Assembly: GCF_009914755.1 (NCBI RefSeq)
Contig: NC_060942.1
Strand: one strand, 5' to 3'
DNA: 64,000 bases
DNA from: the human T2T-CHM13v2.0 reference genome, Homo sapiens
Shown: positions 29,004 through 43,818 of the stretch, one piece after another
Layout of the letters: every line of letters starts with the position of its first letter
Position numbering within the stretch: the stretch's first letter is position 1
Program-made: the position numbers and the translations under genes
Notes under the pieces: model-generated
Database searches by the model: none
What the model was told of the DNA's origin: nothing
The model's input: the letters and a program-made list of their open reading frames with translations, nothing else

Positions 29004-29799
29004 CCATTGCACATCCACACAGTGCAATACGGCACAGCTGGATGAAAGAACAAGGAAGATTACTATTTATGGGTATGGAAAAGTCCCCAGGATATTCTGG
29101 GAAGTGTAAAAAGCAAAGTTCAGAACAGTGTATGTAGTATGCTACCATTTGTTTAAAAAAGGAGAAAAGGGATAAGATATATTTTCACATGTACTCTCAA
29201 CTGCATGAAGAAATTCTGTGTTTGAGGAGAGCTGAAAAAGGAGAAGATAGGCACAGAAGTGAGAGGAGGGTTTCTTAACCTATACCTTATTATATCATTA
29301 TTTTAATCTGTCAATTAATTGCTTATTAAAATACAATTAAATCAAAAATAAAATGGAAAAAACTACAGAGCCTATCCCCATTGGGTTTTACACAAAATGG
29401 CAGAGAAGCAGGAATTACTAGCTAAATCAATGTTAAAAAACTATTTGTTATTAAAGAAAAGACAAACTTCTCTTTGGAATGATTGCTGTAGAATTACAGC
29501 TATGCTTCTGTCTGTTCCAGCTGGGTCAGTTTATTGCATTCATTGACTTTTGTTTTCAACTCTAATCATTTACTTGATTGAATGTTGCTTTCCTGCCTTC
29601 CTTACATCACTGATGCGTTTCAATAAATAATAAATTTTGCTCCCATAACCTTATTTGTTTAAACTTCTTTCCCTTTGTAGTTCCTAAGAACTACAAAGTC
29701 TCCCACCTGTCAGATGCTATGTTTGGAGCTGGAGATACAAAGACAATAAGACATGGCCCTAAGAGATCATAATTACAGGAGAGTGAGAGATAAATATCT

Positions 29800-30180
29800 T
29801 TTTATGGGCGAAATTGTGTTCCCCCAAAATTGATATGTTGAAATCCTAACTCCTAGTAAATCAGAATGTGATTTACTGTATTTGGAGAGAGCATCTTTGA
29901 AAAGATAATTAAGGTTAAATGAGGTCATTAGGGTAGGCCCAATCCAATAGGACTGGTGTCTTTATAAGAAGAGACGATTAAGACACAGACATGCGGGGAG
30001 GAAAGACCATGTGAAGAAAAAGGGAGAAGACTATCTTTGAAAAAGCTGAGGACAGGTGCCTCAGGATGAAACAAATTCTGCTAACACCTTGATCTTGGAT
30101 TTCCTGCTTCCAGAACTGTGATGAAATAAATTACTGTTGTTAAAATCACTCAACTTGTGGTACTTAGCAAACTAATAACA
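29800..30180 (+). mobile_element. MLT1B-like MaLR solo LTR
   Basis: AATTGTGTTCCCCCAAAATTGATATGTTGAAATCCTAAC...CCTTGATCTTGGATTTCC...CAAACTAATAACA. Confidence 0.85.
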
Positions 30181-30669
30181 TCTCTAATGCATTTCAGTTA
30201 GAGGTGTGATGAGGGATAAAGAAGCACAGAATGGGGACCACTACTTTAACAGTTCGGACAAGCAGAAAGTTGGCACCTGAACAGAATCTATGAGGCAACT
30301 CTGTTGCCATCCTACTTTACAGGCGAGGAAACTGAAGCACAGAACTGTTATGTAAATTGCCCAAGATTACAAGACTAAGAAGTAATAGGGCCTTCATTCG
30401 CATTAAGGCAAATTCCTCTGAATTCGTGCTATTATGGCTATACTATGCTGTGCCTGATAAAATAAGATATCAGGAAAAGTGATGAATGGAGGAGGGAGAG
30501 CACATAGAGTGTTCATGGAGTTACATGTATGTGGCTTGAATATAAAGCAAAAGGTTAAATGGCAGCAGGTATGTTGGGATGGGTCCTATGGGCCTTATAT
30601 GTGATACTAATTCTGCATTTTTAAAAATCCCCAATGCATTAAATCTAGAAATCAGTGAAGCCCCATTTT

Positions 30670-31210
30670 TGCATTTCGAAGTAGAAATTTAAGCCCCTGT
30701 GCCCAAACCGTAACTATTCAACTCAGTGAATTTTCACAAACTGACACACCCATGTAACTGGCACCTAGATCAAAAAGCAAAGCATTATAAGCCCCTCCAA
30801 AGTTTTCTCCTGTTCCTTTCATTTACCTTCTCCAATTATAACTACTATACTGACTTCCATGTGCATGGATTCGTTCTCCCTCATTTTGATCTTTTATATA
30901 AGTGAAATCATCCAGAAGGTACTCTTTTGTATCTGGCTTCCTTTGTTCACTCTTATATTATGAGATTCATCCTGTTGCATATAGTTATAGTGATTTCATT
31001 CTCTTTGCTATATAGTATTCCAGGGTGTATTTGCCTCAGTTCTTATCCATTCTATTGTTGGTTGACATTTAAGTGGTTTCCAGCTTGAGGCTATTTTGAA
31101 TAATGCTGCTATAATCATTCTTATAAATATAGTGAACATATGCACCTAGGGGTGGAATCGCTGGTTGATAGGATATGCATATGTTCAGCTCTACTAGATA
31201 CTGCTAAATA
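30670..31210 (-). mobile_element. L1ME-type 3' end
   Basis: TGAATTTTCACAAACTGACACACCATGTAAC; TCTTTTGTATCTGGCTTCCTTTGTTCA. Confidence 0.7.
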
Positions 31211-33439
31211 ACACATATACCTAATTGTGAAATACTGAAAGCTTGCCATGTTGACTTTCTATTTACTGGCGACACATAGGAAACAAAATTTTTTAATGAC
31301 ACAATTATCCATAGCTTCTTAAAGCATCAATTAAGAATTAGTTGATTAAAAGATATGCATTATTTTTGTACTGAAAATTACAAAACATCATTAAGAAGAA
31401 TCTATAGAAGAATATTCCATATTTCTGGGATAGAGGAGTCAATTCTATAAAGAGATCTATTTCAACTTCCATAAACTTCCATTTCTGTAAACTCACACCA
31501 TGCAGACTCTACATGAATGAATGCACTTTCTTTTCTTTTGTGGAATGCTTGTGATGACAGCAACCACCAAATAACTTGATAGAATTTTAAAAAATTGACA
31601 AGAACAAATTTAGTTCAGTCACCTGAATTCTGTGCAGCGGTGCATTTTGAAAGGACTAGGAAGGTGCCATATTGGAAGCAGGTACGCCATTTCTTGATAA
31701 ATCCAGTGCTGCTTATTTTTTTCTTCCAGCTTTGTAGCATACAGTTATTTCTATAGTTGAGTATTAGATGAAGTGGTCAGCTTGCACTTAGTGCATATTG
31801 TAAAAGCTGTGTCTGTTCTCATTAGGTTTTCACTTAAGGGAACTAGAACCAGACTTAGAAACAGCAGATTGATAGCTCCCACCTCAAGCGCACTCTGAGG
31901 CATATGCTCAGTGGAGGAGAATAGCTGGTTGGGTCGCCCACACTATTTAAATTGTTGGTTCTTTTTCTCACCCTTTTTTTTGGTTTGTTTGCCAAACATA
32001 TGTGGGTAAATTGCAGACGTTAAATGCCTGTGTGCTGAGATTGCCTTATATCTGATTACATATTCTTTCTTCAACCCTTCCTACTTTATTATGATTGCTA
32101 GCACCTCAACATTCCCTGACTACAGGGGTTTATGATTCATTTTGGTTTACAATTTGCACGGGTAAGTGTCCCATTTTTGGATAACAATATAGTTATTTCT
32201 TTAAAATTGAAGAAAATAAGATGCTGGTAAAAAAAGGAAATAACTCACTATTTCTTTTCATGAAAATAACAGGTTGTTTCCTTGTTAAACACTTTTAGTA
32301 ATTTGTCAAAAAAATTACAGTATTTTCCATCCTCATCTAACAGGTTTTTACATGCTACAGTTACAAAGGCTGAGATTCACCAACAGAAGCCCATGAAGTT
32401 GTTGGCATATCCTTAAGTGTGTTTCTCATTTTAGTGCTGGGATATTTGAAACAGGCCATCACATTTTCCATAAATCTCATCTTTTCTAATTCACGTCCAC
32501 TAATTCTAATTCTATCTGAAACAATGAGGCTTCTAGGTTGCCTTGCATGTCTGAGCAGGACAAAAAAATTAAAGAGGAAACAGTTAATGGGGCTGAAAAA
32601 AACTGAAGGAAGTAAGAAAAGTAAAATCTTGTGTTGGAGAAAGAAGAAGTGAGTGAGAAAAAGATTAGATGCAGCTACCTTTGATAGCTTAAGACACAGA
32701 GGAATTATAGAACTTAATTACTGTATGAGAACTTCACCATCATTTACAATAGATAAATAGTTTGACTATTAACAATTAAAACCAAGTAAGCTTTGTAAGT
32801 TCCAAGTTTTTGAAATTTCTTGGTGCAGATGCACACAGTTTCTCCCCATGCTTTTGTTTGGTATTTTGTTAATGTTGTAGAGCAACGAAAGGACTTAATT
32901 CAAAGTACTGAAAATGTAATATCTTGCAATTTACTGTTGCTCAAATTAGGGATGATTCATTGATTTGGAGAAGCATCTTTGTGAACTTTCTCTACTTAAT
33001 GCCAAACAATCCGTCGATTATTTAATTCCGAGGAACATGATTCACCAGAGTGGTTACATGTGTATTTTTGGAGGCTGGAAAAATGTGTTTTGTTTTTTAT
33101 TTTAAATATTTATTTTAAGTTCAGGGGTACATGTGCAGGTTTCTTATATAGGTAAACTTGTGTCATGGAGGTTTGTTGCACAGATTATTTCGTCACCCAA
33201 GTGTTAAGCCTAGTATCCATTAATTATGTTTCCTGATCCTCTCCCTCCTCCCACCCTCCAACCTTGAATGGGCCCCAGTATGTGTTATTCCCCTCTATGT
33301 GTCCATGTGTTCTCATCATTTAGCTCCCAATTATAAGTGAGAACATGTGGTATTTGGTTTTCTGTTCCTGCACTAGTTTGCTAAGGATAATGGCCTCCAG
33401 CTCTGTCCATGTTCCTGCAAAGGACATAATCTCATCCTT

Positions 33440-33823
<384 letters not shown>

Positions 33824-36800
33824 TAGGTTGATTTCATCACTTTTCTATTGTGAATAGTGCTGCAATGAACATAGGTGTGCATGTGTCTTTATGATAAAAC
33901 AGTTTATATTCCTTTGGATGCAGATCCATTAATGGGACTGCTGGGTCAAATGGTAGCTCTGTTTTTAGGTCTTTGAGGAGCACAATGGTTGAACTAACTT
34001 ATACTCTTACTAACAGAGCATAACTGTTCCTTTTTCTCTGCAACCTTACCAGCAGCTGTCATTTTTTACTTTTTAATAGTAGCCATTGTAACTGGTGTGA
34101 GATGGTATCTCATTGTGGTTTTGATTTGCATTTCTCTAATGATCACTGATGTTGAGCTTTTGTTTATATGCTTTTTGGCCACATACATGTGTTCTTTTGA
34201 AAAGTGTCTGTTCATGTCCTTTGCCCACTTTTTAATGGTGTTACTTGTTTTTTTCTTATAAATTTGTTTAAGTTCTTATAGATGCTGTATATTAGATCTT
34301 TGTCAGTTGCATAGTTTGTGAATATTTTCTCTCATTCTGTAGGTTGTCTGTTCACTTTGTTGATAGTTTTTTTTTTGTTGTGCAGAAGTTCTTTAGTTTA
34401 ATTAGATCCTATGTGTTAATTTTTGCTTTTGTTGCAGTTGTTTTTAATGTCTTTGTCATAAAATCTTTGCTTGTTCCTACATCGAGAATGGTATTGCATA
34501 GGTTGTCTTCAGGGTTTTTTATAGTTTTGGGTTTTACATTTAAGTCTTTAATCTATCTTGAGTTAAAGGAAGGGATACAGTTTCAGTCTTCTGCATATGG
34601 CTAGCCAGATATCCCAGGACCATTTATTGAATAGGGAGTCTTTTCCCCATTGCTTGTTTTTGTCAGCTTTGTCAAAGATCAGATAGTTGAAGGAGTGTGG
34701 CATTATTTCTTGGTTCTCTATACTGTTCCATGGTCTATGTGACTGTTTTTGTACCAGTACCATGCTGTTTTGGTTACTATAGCCCTGCAGTATAGTTTGA
34801 AGTCAGATAGTGGGATGCCTCCAGCTTTGTTCTTTTTGCTTAGGATGACATTGGCTATTCAGGCTCTTTTTTGGTTTCATATGAATTTTAAAATAGCTTT
34901 TTCTAGTTCTATGAGGAGTGTCATTGGTAGTTTAAAAGAAATAATACTAAGTCTATAAATTGCTTTAGGCAGTATAGCCATTTTAACAATATTGATTCTT
35001 TCTATCCATGAGCATGGAATTTTTTTTTCCATTCCTTTGTGTCATCTCTGATTTCTTTGAGCAGTGTTTTGTAGTTCTCCTTGTAGAGATCTTTCACCTC
35101 TTTGGTTAGCTGCATTCCTAGGTATTTTATTCTTTTTGTGGCAATTGTGAATGAGATTGTGTTTCTGATTTGGCTCTCAGCTTGACTGTTGTTGGTGTAA
35201 AGGAATATTAGTGATTTTTTGCACATTGATTTCATATCCTGAGACTTTGCTGAAGTTGTTTAGTAGCTTAAGAAGCTTTCAGGCTGAGACTATGGGGTTT
35301 TCTAGATAGAGGATCATGTAATCTGCAAACAGGGATAGTTTGACCTCCTTTCTTTCTATTTGGATGCCTGTTATTTCTTTCTCTTGCCTGATTGCTCAGA
35401 CTTCAAATACTATGTTGTTGAATAGGAGCAATGAGGGAGGGCACCCTTGTCTTGTGCAAGTTTTCAAGGGTAATGATTCCAGCTTCTGCCCAGTCAGCAT
35501 GATATTGGCTTTGGGTTTGTCATAGATTACTCTTATTATTTTGAGTTATATTCATTCAACATATAATTTATTGAGAGCTGTTAACATGATGGGGTGTTGA
35601 ATTTTATTAAAACCCCTTTCTGCATCTATTGAGATAATCATGTGTTTTTTATTTTGAGTTCTGTTTATGTGAAGAGTCACATGTATTTATTTGTGTATGT
35701 TGAACCAATCTTGCATCCCAGAAATAAAGCCTACATGATCATGGTGGATAAGCTTTTTCATGTGCTGCTGGATTCAGTTTATGACTATTATATTGAGGAC
35801 TTTTACATAGATGTTCATCAAGGATATTGGCTTGAAGTATTTTGTTGTTGTTGTTGTTGTGTTTCTGCCAGGTTTTGGTATCTGGAGGATGCTGGCCTCA
35901 TAGAGTGAATTAAGTATTCCCCCAATTTTTTGGAATACTTTTAGCAGGAATGGTACCAGCTCCTCTTTGTACTTCTGGTAGAATTCAGCTGTGAATCTGT
36001 CTGGTTTTGGTTCTGGGCTTTTTTTCTTTTCTTTCCCTTTTTTTTGTGGGGATGATGGTGATAGGCTATTTATTACTGCCTCAATTCAGAGCTTGTTATT
36101 GGTCTGTTCAGGAATTCAGTTTCCTCCTGGTTCAGTCTTGGGAGGGCGTATGTGTCTAGGAATTTATCCATTTCTTCTATATTTTCTAGTTTATGTGTAC
36201 AGGGGTGTTCATAATATTCTGTGATGGTTATTTGTATTTCTGTCGAGGTCAGTGGTAATATCCCCTTTGTTTCTGATTGTGTTTATTTGGATCTTCTCTC
36301 TTCTTTATTAGTCTAGCTAGCACTCTATCTTATTATCATTTTTCAAAAACCAGTTCCTGGAATTGTTGATATTTTGAATGGTTTTTCATGTCCCAGTCTC
36401 CCTCAGGTCAGCTCTGATTTTGGTTATTTCTTGTCTTCTACTAGTTTTGAGGTCTGTTTGTTCTTGGTTCTCTAGTTCTTTTAGTTGAGATGTTACATTG
36501 TTAAATTGAGATCTTTGTAACTTTTTGATGTGGGCATTTAGTGCTATAATTTCTCTCTTAACACTGCCTTAGCTGTGTCCCAGGGATTCTGGTATGTGGT
36601 ATCTTCTTTTTTTTCATTAGATTCAAACAAGTTGTTGATTTCTGCCTTAATCTCATTATTTACTTAAAAGTCATTCAGGAGCAGGCTATTTAATTCCCAC
36701 ATTTTTTTATGATTTAGAGTGAATTTCTTAGTCCTGATTTTTAATTTGATTGTGCTCTGGTCCAAGAGATTGGTTGTTACGATTTCAGTTCTTTTGCATT

Positions 36801-36873
36801 TGCTGAGTGTTTTATTTCTGATTGTGTGATTGGTTTTAGGGTTTGTGCCCTGTGGTGATGAGAAGAATGCATA

Positions 36874-37424
36874 TGTATTAGTCAGGGTTCTCCAGAGGAA
36901 CAGGAATAATTGGATAGATGTATACATAAAAAGGACTTTATTAAGAAGTATGTACATGTACGATCACACAGTGAAGTCCCACAATAGGCTGTCTGCAAGC
37001 CGAGGAGCAAGGAAGCCAGTCCAAGTCACAAAACCTCAAAAGTAGGGAAGCTGACAGTATAGCCTTCAGTCTGTGGTCAAAGGCCCAAAAGCCCCTGGCA
37101 AACTTCTGGGGTAAGCTCAAAAATCCAAAAGCTGAAGAACTTGGAGTTTGATGTTCAAGGGCAAGAAGCATCCAGCACAGGAGAAAGATGGAGGCTGGAA
37201 GACTCAGCCAGTCTAGTTCCTTCCATGTTCCTCTGCCTCCTTTCATTCTAGCTACGCTGGCAGCTGATTAGGTGGTACACACCCAGATTGAGGGTAGGTC
37301 TGGCTCTTTCAGTCCACTGACTCAAATGTTAATCTCCTTTGGCAGCACCCTCACAGACACACCCAGGAGCAATACTTTGCATCCTTCAGTCTAGTCAAGT
37401 TGACATTCAGTATTAACCATCACA
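36874..37424 (-). mobile_element. MLT2A2 (HERV-L) solo LTR nested in L1 ORF2
   Basis: TGTATTAGTCAGGGTTCTC...TATTAACCATCACA, 551 bp, perfect 5-bp TSD GCATA. Confidence 0.93.
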
Positions 37425-38674
37425 GCATATTCTGTTGTTTTGGGGTGGAGAGTTCTGTGGATATCTGTCAGGCCCATTTGATCCAGTAATGAGTTCAGGT
37501 CTTGAATATCTTTGTTAATTTTCTGTCTCCATCATCTGTCTAATATTTTCAATGGGGTGTTAAAGTCTCCCACTGTTATTGTGTAGGAGTCTAAGTCTCT
37601 TTGAATGTCTCTAAGAACTTGTTTTATGAATTTGGGTGCTCCTGTGTTGGGTGCTTATATATTTAGGATGGTTAGGTTGAATTGAACCCATTATCATTAT
37701 GTAATGCCCTTCTTTGTCTTTTGTGATCTTTGTTGGTTTAAAGTCTATTTTGTCTGAAACTAGGATTGCAACCCTCAATTTTTTTCCCTGTTTTCCATTT
37801 GTTTGGTAGATTTTTCTCCATTCTTTTATTTTGAGACTATATGTGCTATTGCATGTGAGATGGATCTCTTGAAAACAGCATGCCAGTGGATCTTGGTTCT
37901 TCATCCAGCTTGCCACTCTGTGTCTCTTAATTGGGGCATTTAGCCTATTTATATTCAATATTAGTATTGATACGTATGAATTTGATGCTGTTACTATGAT
38001 GTTAGCTGGTTATGTTGCAGACTTGTTTATGTGGTTGCTTCATGGTGTCACTGGTCTGTGTACTACAGTGTGTTATTGTAGTGGCTGGTAACAGTCTTTC
38101 CTTTCCATATTTGATCCTTCTTTCAGGAGCTCTAGTAAAGCAGATTTGGTGACAACAAATTCCTTCAGCTTTCACTTGTCTGAAAAGGATCTTATTTATC
38201 CTTCTCTTATGAAGCTTAGTTTGGCTGGACATGAAATTCTGGGTTAGAATTTCTTTTCTTAAGAATGTTGAATATTGGCCCTCAATCTCTTCTGGCTTAT
38301 AGGGTTTCTGTGGAGATGTCCACTGTTAGCCTCATGGGCTTCCCTTTGCAAGTAAACTGACCTTTCTCTAGTTGCCTTTAACATTTTTTCTTTCATTTCA
38401 ACCTTGGAGAATCTGATAATTATGTGTTTTGGGGATGATTTTGTAAAGCATCTGACTGGGTTTCTCTGAATTTCCCAAATTTGAATGATGGCATGTCTAG
38501 CTAGGTTGGGGAAGTTTTCATGGATGATATCCTGAAATATGTTTTCCAAGTTGGTTCCACCCTCCCCATCTATTTCAGGGATACGAAAGAGTCATAGATT
38601 TGTTCTCTTTACGTAATCCCATATTTTTCAGAGGTTTTGTTTGTTCCTTTTCATTCTTTTTTCTCTATTCTCTC

Positions 38675-38973
38675 TTTTTTTGTTTTGTTTTTTTTTTTTG
38701 AGACAGAGTCTTGCTCTGTTGCCCAGGCTGGAGTGTAATGGCACAATCTCAGCTCTGCCTCCCGGGTTCAAGTGATTATCCTGCCTCAGCCTCCTGAGCA
38801 ACTGGGATTACAGGCATGCACCATCATGCCCAGCTAATTTTTTTTGTATTTTTAATAGAGATGGAGTTTCACCATGTTGGTCAGGCTGGTCTCAAACTCC
38901 TGACCTCAAATGATCCACTGGCCTTGGCCTCCTAAAGTGCTGGGATTACAGGGGTGAGCCACCATGCCTGGCC
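38675..38973 (-). mobile_element. AluS nested in L1 ORF1
   Basis: Antisense dimer with TSD TCTTTTT(T)CTCTAT on both sides. Confidence 0.92.
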
Positions 38974-41639
38974 TCTTTTTCTCTATACTTGTCTGACTGT
39001 CTTATTTCAGAAAGCCAGTCTTCAAGCTCTGAGATTATTTCCTCCACTTTGTCTACTATGCTATTAATATTTGTGATGGCATTATTAAATTCTTGTTGTA
39101 TGTCTTTCAGCTCTGTCATGTTGGTTACATTCTTCTCTATACTGGCTATTTTGTCTCTCAGCTCCTGAATTGTTGTATTATGATTCTTAGCTTCCTTGAA
39201 TTGGATTTCAGTGTACTCCTTAGCTCAATGATCTTCATTCCTTTCCATATTCTGAATTCTATGTCTGTCATTTCAGCCATCTTGGCCCAGTTCAGAGCCC
39301 TTGCTGGAGAGGTGATGTGGTCATTTGGAGTAAAGAATGCACTCCGGCTTTTTGAGTTGTCAGGGTTCTTGCACTGGTTCTTTTTCATCTTTGCAGGCCT
39401 ATGTTCCTTCAGTCTTAGAGGTTGCTATCCTTTGGATGGGTTTTTTAAAATTTTATTTTATCTTACTTGATGACCTTGAGGGTTTGATTGTGGTATAAGG
39501 TGGATTTAGCTGAGGGGCTTCATTTCTAGAAGATTTTAAGGGGTCAATGCTCAGTTCCAGCTCCTGGGCTGTGTCCTCTAACTCTGGGGGACTTGTGTTG
39601 GACCCCAGCTTTGTTCTCTTGCTCCTCAACATTAGAAATCCACTGTGCTGGAGTGACAAATGTGCCCTCAAACCTCTGGTTCCTGCACTCTGATGAGTGG
39701 TATCAGCCAAAGTGTATTGTAGTGTGGTGTGGTGACCACAGGATTCATCCTCACTCACACCTGCCAGCAACCATGGTAACAGCAGTGCAGTGGGTTGCAC
39801 ATTTGTCAGCTGCAGCAAGGTGCTCATGGGTGCTGGGGTGCCTGCCTCTCTGCAGGTGTTCACCACAGTGACAGAGGCAATGCAGCTTTGCAGGGCAGGG
39901 GACTGTGGCAACTGTTTGAATGATCGTGCTGGTGGTGGTGATGGCTTGGGGGTGGGATGCTGTCTGGTGTAGGTCTCTGTGCCTTCTCTGTTTGCTGCAA
40001 GCAGGAGTGATTGCTCAGTGCAGGGGAGGATTCACTGTTCTCCGCACCTAGTTTCACTCCTGTGGCAGTGTTAGTGCAAGGTTGGGGCACTGGTGGGGGC
40101 AGGGCTGGCTGCCTCTGTGCTCATCAAGTCTCTATCTGCAATGACATTTAGGGAGTGATGGAAGTGGGCTGTACTTTCACTGCAGCAGTGGCAGAGTGGT
40201 GTGTGCACATACTCGCTCGCACACTGGTTGGACAAGGAAAGCAAAACCTGCCTGCACAGACATGTGTAACCAAAACAATGTGGGGAGTTGTCATGAATGC
40301 AGGGCGGGGTGAGTGGGAAGCTGCAGTGTGGGGAAGGAGCATGCAGGTGGGTGCATGGCCATGGGGACTGTCCCCTTGGCACTTTCAACCCATCAGGCAC
40401 AGTCTGCCAGTGCAGATGCTATGATACATGCCCTCAGGGCACCCATGGCTGCCATGCTAGCAGGTGTGGTCAGGCTTGCCCCAGGAGAGGCCAGAAGACC
40501 AAAGAGCACTCAGGTCAGACTAGCCCTGTCTGATGGGCAAGACCACCCTGCAGAGTTCAGGCCTGACATTTCCCTAGGGCTAAAATCTTCTATGGGAGCA
40601 AGTCAAGCCTAGAAGGATGGCCATCCCTGGCCATGTTCTGCTGCAAATACTCCTGCACCAAACACTCTGGGCTCCACATCAGCTGACTTGCTCCCCCTAT
40701 GACTTCTCTAAATAGCTAATTCTGCCAATTTGAGTGCCTGTGGTGATGGAGGGATCTCCTCCTGCTGGGGTTCCAGAGGCCTGTGGTGAGAGTGGGTTGC
40801 TCCTTGCCAGTTTGACTCAATCATTTCCCCAAAGCTGTTGGCGGGTCAGGAACAAGTCCAGGTGTGCAATAGCCCTGTGTAGGATTCCCAGCTTTCTCCC
40901 GCTTCTGCTCAGCTTCTGTGCCTTCCCTCTATTTGCTCTAGATACCTTCTCTCTGAAGATCTGTTAGGAGTATGCCAGTCACCTTAGTCCCTCCATGGCA
41001 GCTGTTCCACCTGGTTATGTCTAGTCGGTCATTTTGCCCTCCCTCTTCTCTGGATAAAGGTTTTTATTGAACTTAACTACTTGGTAATTAACATTGGTGG
41101 ATATTTTATACTATCTTTTAGATAAATTGGCACATTTCAAAAAATTTAGAATACAGCAGAATTATCCCTGTCATAAAAGTGTTTTCACTCTGAGTAATAA
41201 GTCTATGTATCATCTTGACTTGTGAAATAGGTCTTCCTAATATATAGTCACACTGAATACAATGTATATATAAAACAGAACAAAAAATTCAAATTTTCAA
41301 AGGGAATTTCATTCAGAAATTTTTAATGGATTTTATCATACAATGGAAGAGAGTGTAATAATATAAGTGCATTAAATCTTTAAGTCTGCCATTTTAAAAC
41401 TCAATAGGCATACCCACTTATTCTTCTATTCATTGATCAATTAAGCAAATATTTAATGAATGTCTCCTAAATGCCAGGCATCAAATTAAGTGAATAAAAA
41501 CACTATCAGGAAGCCAATAAGAAAGAACTACATGTAATTACTACTTGATCCCAAAACTTGGGAGGGACAGAACGTGGTTCTTTGAGGTCAAGAACAAAAA
41601 ACCTTGACATCACAGGACTAGGGTTGGGGTAGGGACATG

Positions 41640-42005
41640 TATGAATTGGAATTGGCAGTGGTCTGGGTCAGACAGTTGCAGAACCTTGCAGGCCATGTTA
41701 AGGATCGTGGCCTTTGCCTAACAGCTTCAGAAAGGGCTTACATGGTTTTATATGGATGGAGATATAATCTTATGTTCATTTAGCAGAACAAATAAGAGGG
41801 ATCTAAGGAGATTTTTCTTAGAATCAGTTAGTAGTTTATTTTTGTGGTCCCAGTGAGTGATAAGGAAAAGTTTTCTTGGACCAGTGTTGTGGTCTTGGAG
41901 ATGGAGAGAGAAAAAAGATATGTCCAGGGAGAAAATCAAGAGGACTTAGTAACAGAGTCTTGGGAAGGAGGAAGATGTCAAGGATCACTTGTAGGTTTCT
42001 GCCTT
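41640..42005 (-). mobile_element. L2 relic
   Basis: CCTTGCAGGCCATGTTAAGGA...TGGAGATGGAGAGAG...GTCAAGGATCAC. Confidence 0.6.
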
Positions 42006-42705
42006 AATGATTCTGATTTACACTATCAAGACAGATTTGCATGTTATTATAGGGAGCTGGATGATCAACATCACTTTATCCTGCATAGGTTTTGTGGCTC
42101 AATGAATTATTAGCATAAATTCATAGATCATTGCACAATATTAACAAAACCTGAGTCATAAGTTTTACTTGACCCCTAAACAATTTAGTTAACTTTACCG
42201 TCTTGCTTGACCACAAAGTCTATTCCTCATTACCACTTTCTTGAAAAGCATGTTGATCACAAATGGCCCTGGGAGGAAACATGAAGCTGTTTCATTACAA
42301 ATGTGTCTTTAAAAACAACTGAAAGTGTTTGTTCTACTGATACAGATAATGAGTTCCTTCAGGAAACTCTCAGCACAGAAGGAATTAGTACATCCTGACT
42401 AGCCTAAGGGGAGGGGGTGGCAGATGAATGTATGTTATAGATTTGTCTCTCTGAGCCTACAAACCCTTAATAAAGTATCTCAAGTGCGAGGTAATAATGG
42501 AACTCAGTAACACAACCAGAAAAAGGGAGGAAAAAATCTGGGTCATGAGATGTTCATGGGGATTAGAAAATGACTTGGTTGACTGTCCTCCAGGGGCAAA
42601 ACCCATTAGTAGAAAGCAGCCTGTTCTCTGATCCTGTGGAGCCATTGTAATTACTGAGGAAAACATCATTCTCAGGACTTACATCAGGACTTTAAGCTTA
42701 GTGAT

Positions 42706-43085
42706 TGATGTGGTTTGGATCTGTGTCCCCATGCAAATCTCATGTCAAATTGTAATCCCCAATGTTGGAGGTGGGGCTGTGTGGGAGGTGATTGGATCAT
42801 AGGGGCAGAGTTACCATCGGTGCTACTCTTGTGATACTGAGTGAATGCTTGTGAGATCTAGTTGTTTAAAAGTGTGTAGCACCTCCCCTACCTCTCTCTT
42901 CCTCATGCTTGGCCATGTAAGATATTATCTGCTTCCCCTTTGTCTTCTGCCATGATTGTAAGTTTCTTGAGGCCTCCCCAGAATCTGTATAGCCTGCAGA
43001 ACTGTGAGCCAATTAAGCCTCTTTTCTTTATAAATTATCCAGTTTCAGGTGTTTCTTTATAGCAGTGTGAGAATGGGCTAATACA
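42706..43085 (+). mobile_element. MSTA-type MaLR solo LTR
   Basis: TGATGTGGTTTGGATCTGTGTCCCC...GGCTAATACA with perfect 5-bp TSD GTGAT. Confidence 0.92.
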
Positions 43086-43515
43086 GTGATGGAAAGAACC
43101 AACTTCATCCTGCTCACACTCAAATCCCCAAAGCACAGCCAAGTGCCTATCTTATGGTTTATGTGTAATAAATATTTTATGAGTGATTGAATGAAAATGT
43201 TCCCAACCACAGTACCCAAGAGAAAGTAGAGCTCAGTCATTGATTACTGCTTGTGCTCTTACCTGCTGACGAGCAGCTACAAATTTAACTAGCAAACCAT
43301 ATTGTAGAAGCTGGAGTCAGTTTGGGCAGTCTTTTTCTCAAGTTGTAGGGGCCCTACCAGCATCAAGGTATAAAGATAATAGCCTAGACACACAGGTAAA
43401 GGGCTAGAAGGACCTAGATTAGCTATCAGGATATAGACTAGGTAGTCCATAGAGGCATGTCTTTCCAAACTTTAAACAAAAATGACTCTTGGGTTGACTT
43501 TTTTAAGAATTTCAA

Positions 43516-43818
43516 GGCTGGATGTGGTGTCTCACATCTGTAATCCCAGCACTTTGGGAGGCTGAGGTGAGAGGATCTAGAAGTTCGAGGCAAGCCTCAG
43601 CAACATAGTGAGACCTTGTCTCTGCAAAAAATAAAAATAAAAAAAACTACCTTGGTATGGTGGTACATGCCTCTAGTCACAGCTACTAGGGAGACTGAGA
43701 TGAAAGGATGACTTGAGCCTGCGAGGTCAAGGCTGCAGTGAATCGTGATTGATTGAGCCACTGCACTCAGCCTGGGCAAGAGTGAGACCCTGTCTCAAGA
43801 AAACAACAACAACAAAAA
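43516..43818 (+). mobile_element. AluJ
   Basis: Dimer with J-type right arm; perfect TSD AAGAATTTCAA at 43505-43515 and 43819-43829. Confidence 0.92.

Noticed and set aside
31675-32170. Splice-like signals (CAG|GTACGC, ttcttccAG, CGG|GTAAGT)
   Set aside because: They cannot be paired unambiguously into an exon, and the first pair would give an intron of only 48 nt.
39093-40967. Dense overlapping ORFs on both strands
   Set aside because: They fall in the GC-richer L1 5'UTR and ORF1 start, where stop codons are rarer.
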